Assembly (NCBI GenBank): GCA_002269645.1
Contig: NIVC01001827.1
Span: 1 to 64,000, forward strand
Direction of reading: 5' to 3'
From: Macrostomum lignano
Lineage: Eukaryota
Length of the DNA stretch: 64,000 nucleotides
The notes under the pieces are model-generated. The model had not been told where the DNA came from. It saw only the letters and a program-made list of their open reading frames with translations, and made no database searches. Of this stretch, positions 12,912 through 23,453 are shown piece by piece. Position numbers and translations under genes: made by a program. Each line of letters starts with the position of its first letter. Within the stretch, counting starts at the first letter, position 1.

Positions 12912-13592
12912 TCTGATTCTGAATGATGGGATTCTGTTTCTAAATGATGGGATTCTGATTCTGAATGATGGGATTCTGATTCTAAATGATGGGATTCTGA
13001 TTCTGAATGATGGGATTCTGATTCTGAATGATGGGATTCTGATTCTGAATGATGGGATTCTGATTCTGAATGATGGGATTCTGATTCTGATCTGAATGAT
13101 GGGATTCTGATTCTGATCTGAATGATGGGATTCTGATTCTGATCTGAATGATGGGATTCTGATTCTGATCTGAATGATGGGATTCTGATTCTGATCTGAA
13201 TGATGGGATTCTGATTCTGATCTGAATGATGGGATTCTGATTCTGATCTGGATTCTGAATGATGGGATTCTGATTCTGATCTGGATTCTGAATGATGGGA
13301 TTCTGATTCTGATCTGGATTCTGAATGATGGGATTCTGATTCTGATCTGGATTCTGAATGATGGGATTCTGATTCTAAATGATGGGATTCTGATTCTGAT
13401 CTGAATGATGGGATTCTGATTCTGATCTGAATGATGGGATTCTGATTCTGATCTGAATGATGGGATTCTGATTCTGATCTGAATGATGGGATTCTGATTC
13501 TGATCTGAATGATGGGATTCTGATCCTGATCTGAATGATGGGATTCTGATTGTGATCTGAATGATGGGATTCTGATTCTGAATGATGGGATT
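12912..13592. repeat. Modular 21/26/33-bp minisatellite built from TCTGAT and TCTGAATGATGGGAT
   Basis: Blocks of 21-, 26- and 33-bp units in sequence. Confidence 0.92.
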
Positions 13593-13661
13593 CCCGTAAT
13601 TGGCTATGAAAATGTAAGGTGTCTCGATTCTAAAGTTATACATGGGCGCTCGATACAGAAT

Positions 13662-14642
13662 TCAGCCAATAGTCACGGAACCACTAAGCAAGTCTTTCAC
13701 AAGCACCAAATTCAGGCCGGACAGAACGTGAACGCCAACCGGAAAAGTTACGCCGCTAGGAATCAGCCGGAGCTCCTGGCCAGCTGGCAGAGGCCTGGTT
13801 GGCGGCCAGACCGGCACCACATAAGTCCAATTAAGCAGCCAAACGAAGGCATTTTTAATAAAGTCGTCCAGAATCTGCTGGCCGGCGCCGCCGCGCAATG
13901 CCGGATATTTTGATGCCGGCGGCGGCTGAAGCACGTTCCGCAGACTGGACTGCGTCAGCTCGTTGCAATGGACAAGTTTCTGGCCGAGATGGCACACCGG
14001 CCGCAGATGGCAGCTCCGGATGTTCTCGAAGCTGCACTGGCACTGCCGTTTGCGGAATACTTTAGGGGCGCGAGGATTCAATCGGAAGCCGACAATTTTG
14101 TCGCTATAGTCGAATCGGACGCATTTGCCGCCCCAGCCAGACTGGGCAGTGACAGTGTCAAAGTTCACCAGGGAAGGGTTCTCCGAGGACCGGCTGGTGT
14201 CAATAAGCATGCCGCGACAGGCGGCCACCTCGGTCAGCTGGCTAGATGAAAGGCGGGCGACGCCGCGGGCTATCTGATCAACGCATTCGGCCGACACTGG
14301 GAACGGCAAGCCGGGATCGGCGAGGCTCCGGCCAGCGGCGATTCGGTTGCTAAGCGCCGCAATGTACTCGATTTCGAATTTGTTACGCCAATGTACGCCT
14401 AGCAGGCCGAAATCTGAGACTAGAAATTTTAGCAGAGCTTTGAGCACGTTGTGCCGGCCGCGGTGACGAGTGGCTCGAGCGTCCGACAGCTGCAACGGAC
14501 GCTGCTGACGAGCTGGATGAGCCGAGGATGATGACAGGGGGGTAGGCCATTGTGACAGGCTGCGGCGGCAGCAGCAGGCGGTGACAGACCGCAGCGAGTT
14601 AAAGCCGATGCAACTGGGATACTGCTGAGGGATGGCAGACAT
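13662..14642 (-). CDS. Unidentified intronless ORF, 326 aa from the first ATG
   Basis: 981-nt non-repetitive, GC-rich open frame resembling neighbouring exons; AAA ATG T context at 14642; no family recognised. Confidence 0.55.
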   Translation of the reverse strand: MSAIPQQYPSCIGFNSLRSVTACCCRRSLSQWPTPLSSSSAHPARQQRPLQLSDARATRHRGRHNVLKALLKFLVSDFGLLGVHWRNKFEIEYIAALSNRIAAGRSLADPGLPFPVSAECVDQIARGVARLSSSQLTEVAACRGMLIDTSRSSENPSLVNFDTVTAQSGWGGKCVRFDYSDKIVGFRLNPRAPKVFRKRQCQCSFENIRSCHLRPVCHLGQKLVHCNELTQSSLRNVLQPPPASKYPALRGGAGQQILDDFIKNAFVWLLNWTYVVPVWPPTRPLPAGQELRLIPSGVTFPVGVHVLSGLNLVLVKDLLSGSVTIG

Positions 14643-14810
14643 TTTTCGATTATAATTCAAATTACTCGTAAATGCATATCTGAGGATGGGGTTTGATATC
14701 TTCGAAATTTAAACTTCCAAAAAGCAGCTTTTTTTCAAGCTACAAAACTTAATATCTCTGAAACTTTATATTTCCACTAGGGTTAGGGGGTTGCGAGGGC
14801 GGGGGCGTGC

Positions 14811-14839
14811 ATGGCCCAGTGGTCCAGCGCGGCGCTCTG
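14811..14839 (+). mobile_element. Fragment of SINE family A tRNA-like head (A-box half only)
   Basis: TGGCCCAGTGGTCCAGCGCGGCGCTCTGA is almost identical to 25101-25129. Confidence 0.65.
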
Positions 14840-15307
14840 AATACTGCACAAAAAATTTTTTTTCCAGGCACCTCAGGGCTATCAAAAGGCACATTACATG
14901 ATTGGACCCACAAAACCTATACCACATCACCAGGTCATTTGCCCTAGAGAGGGCCGGGAGGGCTGGCTATAGCCCAATGTCGAGGGTTCTATTTTGCAGC
15001 TGCACCTGGCCCCGGCATGCAGCCTAGCAGACATAAGCTGTGGCTGGCAGGCAAGACAGACGCCAGGGTAGACTTCACCACTGCCCTCAATGAGGAGAAA
15101 GTTTTGCGCTCATTTTATGTCAATCCCTGTGTGTTCTGCCACACTGGCCAGCAGTTGTGTACGCTGCTAGACTTTGCGCTCAATTGGGGCAGCACTTGGC
15201 ATTTTGACAAAAAACTTTGGAGTTAATAATAAGTTGCCTTCAATTAATTGGCTTTATAAAATTAATAAAACCCCTACTACAACTTGAAATTTGGTAATAG
15301 TAATTAG

Positions 15308-16871
15308 GATTTAAAGAGAAAGTTTAACCTAGTTTACAATTTATTTTGAATAGAATTTATATTGTAAATTGAATAGAGAAAAATTAATATGCAACTTAGA
15401 GCCACTTTCTTTTTTGTCTGGTTAAAGTGTTAACACAAGTGTTTATTTGTTTAGTGATGAATATTTTGAATTTTTAAGACCTTTTCTTGTATCCAGATTA
15501 ATTTTTTATTATAGCCATCTCATTAATGTAAGCAAAGCTCATAGAATCATGAGTATAAGATTAGACCTATACTTGCTTTAAAATATTTTTCTCATTAGGC
15601 TCATTCCATATAAGATGGACATATTTGGAAAATAGAAAAAAGTCAATATTTTTGCTTGCCATTGCCTAATTAGCCTATTTTTTTACCAAATGTTTATATT
15701 GTGCAATATATACAATCTAAGAATAAAGGAATGGTAAAATGTTGGATTAGTATGTTATCAATTGGCAAAAAGTCATTTTTGTAAAAATTTGGACATTTTT
15801 CGAAGCAAAAGACATCATTAAGATTTTGTACCTTGTAAAAACAAATAGAAAGCTTTTGAAGGTTGAAACAAACTATAGATAAAAGTATAGTACTTGCATC
15901 ATCAGATAAAAGCATTGGTGACCAAATAATCTATTATATTTTTAATGTATTAGTACCTCAAAGTTACTGAATTGACAGAAAAAAATATGTTACGACCATA
16001 ATGTTACGACCATAAGGCTGCCTTTTCTTTTGTATCTTTGTTGCCTTTTGAGTTTATATATTCTAATAAAAGAGTATGATTTCTAAAGATGTTCTTAGTC
16101 AAATTTTAAAAATGTATTGCAAAATATCAAAAATGAAAAATGTTATAAGACTTTTACCTTTTAGTTTCTATATGTCAAAAATCCTGTCGTTACGACCATA
16201 AGTGTCATTTAAGGTTTAATAGCATCTATACTAATGATGATATCTATATGAAACTCTATAAATATATTCTAGACAAAATAATCTTTCATTTAAAATATTG
16301 GTTTAGTAAATTCTATTATTAGATTTCATTTTATAAGTAAAAATAACCTGTCATGTTACGACCATGCTTATATGGAATGAGCCATTAGTCATGTTATTGT
16401 TAGCAAAAAAATTAAGTTAAAAACTGATCATTTATAAAACATAGGCCCTACTCTGGTATAATAACATAATCAAAATTTGAGTAAGATTTAAAGAGAAAGT
16501 TTAACCTAGTTTACAATTTATTTTGAATAGAATTTATATTGAATTGAATAGAGAAAAAATTAATATGCAACTTAGAGCCACTTTCTTTTTTGTCTGGTTA
16601 AAGTGTTAACACAAGTGTTTATTTGTTTAGTGATGAATATTTTGAATTTTTAAGACCTTTTCTTGTATCCAGATTAATTTTTTATTATAGCCATCTCATT
16701 AATGTAAGCAAAGCTCATAGAATCATGAGTATAAGATTAGACCTATACTTGCTTTAAAATATTTTTCTTATTAGTCATGTTATTGTTAGCAAAAAAATTA
16801 AGTTAAAAACTGATCAGTTATAAAACATAGGCCCTACTCTGGTATAATAACATAATCAAAATTTGAGTAAG
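15308..16871. repeat. Tandem duplication of a ~387-bp AT-rich unit; the first copy is split by a MITE
   Basis: 15308-15597 plus 16384-16484 matches 16485-16871. Confidence 0.85.
15598..16383. mobile_element. Non-autonomous DNA transposon (MITE), 786 bp, 17-bp TIR, 4-bp TSD ATTA
   Basis: GGCTCATTCCATATAAG at 15598-15614 and its perfect reverse complement at 16367-16383; ATTA on both flanks; empty site at 16770-16773; internal GTTACGACCAT motif occurs four times. Confidence 0.9.
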
Positions 16872-17307
16872 AATCTTTAAAGTCCTAAATATTCACTATA
16901 AAATTGATATAATTAGTAATACCAATTAATAATTTTGGCTATTATTATTGTTACAGTGATTATATAAATAGCAGGATGGTTATTTTTATGGTTACACCTA
17001 ATACTTAAAAAAATACTATCTAAATAAAGTGACAAACTTGCTATGCAAATACTAGGCCTATGATGGTTAAATTTACATTGTAATTTAATTGAAATTTCTT
17101 CCACATGACCATAAAAAATGGCCATTTTGCTTCCTAGGATTTTTATAGTAACCATAAAAAAAAACAATTTTGTTATTTATATGATTACGTTAAGTAAAGA
17201 CCATAGGCCCAGATAGTATCTTATGCAATAACCGTAAAAATAACAATTTTGTACTTAGGCCAAGGTCTTAATTGCCTAATAATTTAGAATAGGCCTATTT
17301 AACTTAT

Positions 17308-18127
17308 GGCAATCCTACACTTCCGTTCGGTAAATTATTTTAACATTTGAATTCGTACCACCAAGTCAAATGACGTTGGGCCTTTTCATATTGCTTGCTC
17401 TGGTTCCAGAACCAGAACCAATTTGTGAAGTATAACTTTTTGTCTCCATAACTAGAGGGAGATACGTGCTATAAAGTTTTTATTATTGAATGACAATCGC
17501 CAAGAAGAAAGTGAAAAATTGTGCTAAGTTAGGTTGTTAAGGCAGTCAAATATTAACAGAGTTTAATAGTTATACTGCTGTTTTTCTTGGAATTCCGAAC
17601 CGATTCTGGTTCTGGAATTGGTAATATGAAAAGGCCCGTTGATTGGCAATGTGTCTATGGCCAAAAGTTTGAGCGAACAGAGTTTAAGGGGGGTGTCAGT
17701 TTAAAGGAAGCTGTTGCTTGTGAGCTGCTTGTTTTTTGAGCTTCAATTTCTCATATCTTCCTGTCTTCAGTGCCATGGCTGGGCGACCTGCAGCACCCGG
17801 GTTCATCATCCCGTTAAACGAGGTTCGAAACACCGCCAAGCTACTCAATCTCAACATGTCACTACGGGATCTGCACATCGTCACCCAGGACACGCTGTCT
17901 GCAATGCAGTGGGGCTATTGTCCATTTGGGGCTATCCTGTACTAGATTGGACATTATTATCCATTGTAGACACCTTAATGACCTGCAGACACTCTAAGTG
18001 ACTATGCGCTCTAACAGACTGCTACCATGTTCCACTGTTTCAGTTTTGTTTGGTTACATTGTTATTTAACACGCCTGTTCAAAATTCAGTGTCAAAACAA
18101 TTTACCGAACGGAAGTGTAGGATTGCC
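17308..18127 (+). mobile_element. Internally deleted Merlin-related DNA transposon
   Basis: 38-bp TIRs GGCAATCCTACACTTCCGTTCGGTAAATT... with 2 mismatches; degenerate flank repeat AACTTA(T/C); ORF remnant from 17775 (MAGRPAAPGFIIPLNEVRNT...QW) is homologous to the N-terminus of the Merlin transposase at 20297. Confidence 0.8.
17378..17637. mobile_element. 260-bp MITE, PIF/Harbinger-like termini, nested in the Merlin-related element
   Basis: TIR GGGCCTTTTCATATT/AATATGAAAAGGCCC plus inner inverted TTCCAGAACCAGAA; 3-bp TSD GTT (17375-77 and 17638-40). Confidence 0.8.
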
Positions 18128-18161
18128 AACTTACATACTATTGTTAGGCCTATATTATGAT

Positions 18162-18581
18162 GGCAGTTATTATTTGTCCAGTGACCAGACAAATAGCTTT
18201 TTTGCTATTTGTCCGGTTAAACTGCTAGGGCCTAACACAAGTATCTGTTTGTTTTGTGTTTGTTTTGTGATTCTAGATTTTTAAGACCTTTTCTTGTATA
18301 CTGATTAATATTTTCTTGTATACTAGTGTAAGCAAAGCAGTGTATTCAATTTGGCATAATTTGGTGTATAAGACACATACTAGTATAATAACATAATAAT
18401 CAAGATACAAGTAAGAAGTCTTTGAAGTCTAGGAATATTTACCCTTGTAGTTTCTATGAAATAGATTTTTTAGCATTATTAATTTAACCAGACAAATAAC
18501 AAAATGTCTATTTGTCCAGTTTTAACCGGATGAATAGGAAAGCATGGTCATTATCCAGTAACCGGACAAATAACAACTGCC
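18162..18581. mobile_element. 420-bp MITE with 9-bp TSD (Merlin- or MULE-type)
   Basis: ~24-bp imperfect TIR GGCAGTTATTATTTGTCC; perfect TSD TATTATGAT at 18153-18161 and 18582-18590. Confidence 0.85.
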
Positions 18582-19591
18582 TATTATGATTGCTATACAT
18601 GATTAATATATTAATAATATCATGTCATGAACTCTACTAGGCCTAGTTATTAGGGCCTAATATTATATTGCATTGGGTTGAGTTGGACCATTATTTGGGA
18701 CATGGACTTCAATCAAGTTAAGTATTCAAACAAAAATTCGATTGCCCCTTTACAGTCTGAGCGGTCATTAAACATGGTAAATATTGGATATGGCCGACTT
18801 GGCCGTATAATTTATACCCCAATAGAAATTATTAAAATCCGCTTTACCCTTCAGGCGTTAGGGCCTAGCCCTAGGGAGCACGATCTTGAAGTTCAACTAG
18901 AGGCGGCGCGGCGCGGCCTAACCGAAGAACCTGATTGATTCGAAGTGTGAAAGCAAGTTAGCAGACGCAAGTGCGACAATTTAAAAAAATTGGAACTGAA
19001 AACTTAAAAAACTTATTTTTGGTACGTTTCTTTTTGGTATGTTTTTTAAAATATAGTTTTATTTTAGACGTAAGTTTGCTATAATCGAAAAGGGTATATA
19101 TACAAAATTCTTTTTTTCTACGAAAAGTACCTCTGTCAACTTAGGGCTCTGCGGGTTTTAACAGCTTGTAATAACAATGTAAACGAATTTGTCAAAATCT
19201 ATGGTAGGCCTAAGGACAAGGTAAACCGACTTCGTCAAAAGAGTTGACTCAGAGTCAAGAGAGTTCATTGACTTTTTTTCGTTCACATTCAAGATTCAAT
19301 CAAGTTTACATGTTCAATTCAACTAGGCCTATGCTTATAGTCAGATTTATATAAACTTTGCTTTTAAGTAAATATATAATATATTAGGCAAATTTCTTGT
19401 CATTTTAAGTGCAAAGTGCCCACGAAGGCTTCATTTAAAAGTTCAGACATGCTTAAAAATGCGTAGCTGATATTTATGACTCAAAGACAAAAGAAGTCAA
19501 TGACAATGTCATATTTGTAATGTATCTTTATATCTATTTTAAAAGTAATCATATTTTGTACTTATTTCACATTGTGCATTATTTGTATTTG

Positions 19592-20364
19592 GGCAATCCT
19601 GAAGATTCCCGCGTTTAATTATTTTACGGAATTTTACCAGCACATGCTGGTTGATCACTGGCAGCAGGGTGTTGGCTGAACAGTCTGGCACAGGAACAAG
19701 AACGCATTGACGAGTGCCTCTCTCCACCATGCCCAGCACCCAGTGGCCTTCACGGTACTGCCCCTGGTGGTACTTGCGATACATGAATTTGGACTCATCG
19801 ATCTCAACGTCCACTCCGGGCCCACCAAGCTGTGTTGGGTGGTCAATGAGGTACTGGGCACAGATGTCACGGATGTAGTTGAACCAATCAATCACGGAGT
19901 ATTCGCTGGCTCATGTCTCTTCAACCACAGTGGACAGGCAGCTGTTCGTTGACCAGAAGTAGATCATGTCGATCAACTGAACAAGTGACAGGTGACTGCC
20001 TTGGAAGAAAGAGCCACACCGAATCGACTGATGTCGGCGGCAAGTCTTGCAGCTCCAGCAGACACCATCCACATAGTCTCGACCAGCCCGCCTTTGGAAT
20101 GACATAGGCATGTTGGGGCAGTGCTCACAGTCCATGCTGTTTCGCAGCAGCCCATACTTGGCCAGCCACTGGATGCCTGTCTCATCAGTTAGAGCCGTCA
20201 ATTCACGATGGTTGATGTTAAGTTCAGCTAGTTCAATAGTTGGTCTAACTTCTTAAGGATCCACGATTGTCTGGGGTGCTGGAGGTCGCCCTGCCATAAT
20301 TCCGTGGCTGAAATGTGCATAAAAATGCATAAAATAATTAAATGCGGGAATCTTCAGGATTGCC
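19592..20364 (-). mobile_element. Merlin (IS1595/IS1016-like) DNA transposon, internally deleted, 773 bp
   Basis: 37-bp TIRs GGCAATCCTGAAGATTCCCGC... with 2 mismatches; perfect 8-bp TSD TGTATTTG (19584-19591 and 20365-20372). Confidence 0.93.
19638..20297 (-). pseudogene. Merlin/ISXO2-like DDE transposase pseudogene, N-terminal ~220 codons
   Basis: MAGRPPAP start, CxxC..CxxC zinc ribbon, GGPGVDVEIDESKF..RKYHQG..WVLGMVERG..LVPVPD..TLLPVINQHVL; two in-frame stops (about 20252 and 19911); C-terminal catalytic half deleted. Confidence 0.9.
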
Positions 20365-21820
20365 TGTATTTGTATTCTATTTATATTTTACTGTACTTTT
20401 TACTGTATTTATTTTTATTTATGTTTATTTTGTTGGACAGTTTAAAATGAAGCTTGTTTTAATGACTAATAATTAAATAATATAAATATGAATCATCAAT
20501 TTTTTGTAAGAGTTCGCCGCTCTGATTTGGCACTTTCAGCTGAGAGTTCAAACATGGCTCATGACAAATGACAAAAAATGACAAAATGGCAAATGACAAA
20601 TTAATTAACCAAGTTTGTCTAATCACTTTGTCATCTACCAATAAGCTATAAGAAAATTTGGGTCAATCTGTCATCTAAGATAACAAAGTGGCAAATGACA
20701 AAATGTTTAAGAACTACAAGCTATATTTATTAAGGCCTTTGATATTTCAGTGTAGACATATATACATCAAGTGCATTTTTGTCAAAAAAACATTGATTCT
20801 AATCATTTGCAATGTCAATTAAAAGCAAGGGCATATGAAAGCTTTTGATTTATTAAAATTTAACTGAAAATATTTTTAGTAGAATAGGATTTTTTTCTCA
20901 ATTTAAAATTTAAAGAATTTATATAATATAGAGTAAGCACAATATTATTTGTGACATGTTGTTGCTGCTAAGATTGTCATAAATGCATATAAGTTTATTT
21001 TCTATTCAAAAGATCTTATAAAGTTTGGAAAATTTTGTTCAAACTTAAAGCAGAATTATAACACGAAACTTTTGTGTGTATGTTGTTTTTGGGGTTTGGG
21101 GTTAGGGGTTTTTGACTTCTTGCTTTAGGTCTAATTCAACCATTTAAGCTGAAAACTTTTACATCAAAAGAAGGCTTACAAATGTGTAAAAGGATAGCTA
21201 AAATATATGTGTACATACTCTGCATTGAGCATCTTTGTTAAAAAGAACACTGTTTGTTTAAATTGTCTGTCTGAATATTTATTAACAAATCACTACATTT
21301 GATATTCCCTATTGAATTTTTTTAGAATATAGCAATTTGCTAAGATTTACAAATATATCAATTATGTCACATTTAGCTATCTTAATTAGTTCAGAATATT
21401 TGCTTGGCTTCAATGGTCATGTTTATCTATATAAGGACCTTCTTATCTTATTTTTTGTTATAGGCTGTAAGGCTACTACGCCATACCACTCTTCTTTTTG
21501 TTGCACTGTGCCATATTGCTAAAGTCTAAAAAGTGAAGAAATTAGCTGACAAGGCCTACAAACATTTCCAATAGTAAATTTTCCAATAAGGTTAATATAT
21601 TAATAATCATAGCCTTCAACAGTTTGAATGGTCTTTTAAAGCTATAACTTGCAAAGAATGTGCCCTTGGTTATTTTAGAGCTGTGCTATAAACCTAACCA
21701 AATTTATTTTACATTTTTTGTATCTATAGCTAGTTGAATTAAATTTTTTATCATTTTAACAAAATATTAATCTACTCACTTTTGATAAAAAAAACCTTTC
21801 TCTTTTCATGTCTTTGCACA

Positions 21821-21951
21821 ATGAATTTTCTACGCAACCTTGGCAAAAAGTTATCCGAGGTGTCAGAAGACATCAATCAAAATCTGAGCCAACTCAAAGT
21901 GAAAGCTAGCGCCTCATTTGACAGTTCGCTCAAACACAATGCTGATGACAA
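21821..21951 (+). CDS. DTNBP1: Dysbindin (BLOC-1 subunit), exon 1 of 4; joined protein 339 aa
   Basis: ATG at 21821, MNFLRNLGKKLSEVSEDINQNL; AA|gtgagt donor (phase 2) joins exon 2 in frame. Confidence 0.8.
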
Positions 21952-22034
21952 GTGAGTGAAGTTTTGCTTATTTTATTAGCTTGAATATCAGGCAGCACTG
22001 CTCATCCCTGATTGAGATTTCTAATATTTCCCAG

Positions 22035-22356
22035 GCAAGATCCCCAGCATCTGCGCGCCCAATCCGCTGGCTGCCTGCTGCCTGGCGCTGACCTGCTGGC
22101 CGCCTACCAGCGCCACTGGTCGGAGATTCACCGCGGCAGCGACGAAGTCGGCCGCTCCGTTGATCGAGTCGGCCGCCTGGCCGCCGTGGTGTCCGGCCGA
22201 GCGCGTTCCCGCGCCGCCGCCTGGACGGCCCTGCAGCGCGAGGCCTGCGACCTGCCGCGAACCCTGGCCAGTCTGGAGTGCATCGGAGCCCTGCTAGACA
22301 GCTTGGAGCAGAGCTGCCGCGAGGTTGAGCATGAACTGGCGCTGCTGGAGAATCAG
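22035..22356 (+). CDS. DTNBP1: Dysbindin exon 2 of 4
   Basis: cccag|G acceptor, CAG|gtaagg donor; GADLLAAYQRHWSEIHR and LPRTLASLECIGALLDSLEQSCREVEHELALLEN align with the dysbindin coiled-coil as I recall it. Confidence 0.88.
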
Positions 22357-22449
22357 GTAAGGTTGCAGTTACTCACTTACTGACGAGCGGCTCTACAGCA
22401 TTGTAATTCAAAACAGAATCGTTCCAAATTATCACTTAAAAATCTATAT

Positions 22450-22750
22450 CGGATCACCCTAATTGGCACCTTGTCACTAAAAATCACTCCAAAGATGTCA
22501 CACATGAATCAGTCCTAACTTGTCCCTCAAGAATCGCCTCAAAACTTGTCACTCAAGAATCGCCTCAAAACTTGTCACTCAAGAATCGCCTCAAAACTTG
22601 TCACTCAAGAATCACTTCAAACTTGTCACCCCAGAATCACTCCAAACTTGTCACTCGAGAATCACTTCAAACTTGTCACTCCAAAGTCACTCCAAAGTTG
22701 TCATTGTCACTCAAGAATCACTCCAAAGTTGTCACTCGAGAATCACCGCA
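22450..22750. repeat. 26-bp minisatellite (TGTCACTCAAGAATCGCCTCAAAACT)n in dysbindin intron 2
   Basis: About 10 diverged copies. Confidence 0.85.
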
Positions 22751-22879
22751 CTTAATTATCCCAGAATCTGCCACTTTATAAAAATTATTATAAACATTTG
22801 CATAAACATAACCGCATTACAAACATTGGAGTCCATGCATCAAACAATCAATTAGAATGAACACTTTGCCGTCATTCAG

Positions 22880-23068
22880 GCCGAGTGGGTGCAGCTGCGC
22901 CGGGACCAGCACGCTCACAACTACCAGCTGTTGGAGCACAGTAGGCGCCGATCAGAGGAGCTGGAACGGCGCCGGGTGCAGATGGCCCAGCGCCACGCCG
23001 GCCGGGTCAGAGCGTTGGAACAGTCTCGACAGGCCGCCCTGTTGGAAAGGCAGCGCGCTTTTGAACAG
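22880..23068 (+). CDS. DTNBP1: Dysbindin exon 3 of 4
   Basis: ttcag|GCC acceptor, CAG|gtgata donor, 189 nt; ...HAGRVRALEQSRQAALLERQRAFEQ. Confidence 0.88.
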
Positions 23069-23070
23069 GT

Positions 23071-23362
23071 GATAATAAATAATAATACTGTAATAATTTA
23101 TTACACCTGCCCTAATTGAGCCACATGTGCAACCGACAGCTCAGCCGCAGCTATTGCGCGGCGCATCTGAATGCTGCGTACGGCTGTTCAGTCCAAGGAC
23201 TGGGGGTTCGCCGCACACACCCTCTTAGCATCCATTTTACAGCTGGGTGAACTGCAGCAATGCAGAGTTAAGTGTCTTGCTTAAGGACACAGATTGTTCC
23301 AAGTAGGATTGGGAATCGAACCCCCGACCTTTCCGTCGAGAGTTCTACTAGACTAAAACCCC
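23071..23362 (-). mobile_element. tRNA-derived CORE-like SINE (family B) filling most of dysbindin intron 3
   Basis: Reverse complement matches 56681-56946 (GGGGGTTCGATT B-box, GTGTCCTTRAGCAAGACACTTAACTCTGCATTGC core, ATT-rich tail). Confidence 0.85.
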
Positions 23363-23453
23363 TGGCTATAAGCTAAATATAATTAGGCTTAAGGCTTCAC
23401 TTGGCATTTGTTCGCTGTGTCTTCATCGAACTTTTCTCCATCCAATTTCTCAG

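Noticed and set aside
14778-14790. Telomeric repeat seeds (TAGGGTTAGGGGG; also 21091-21110)
   Set aside because: Only one or two imperfect units; expected by chance
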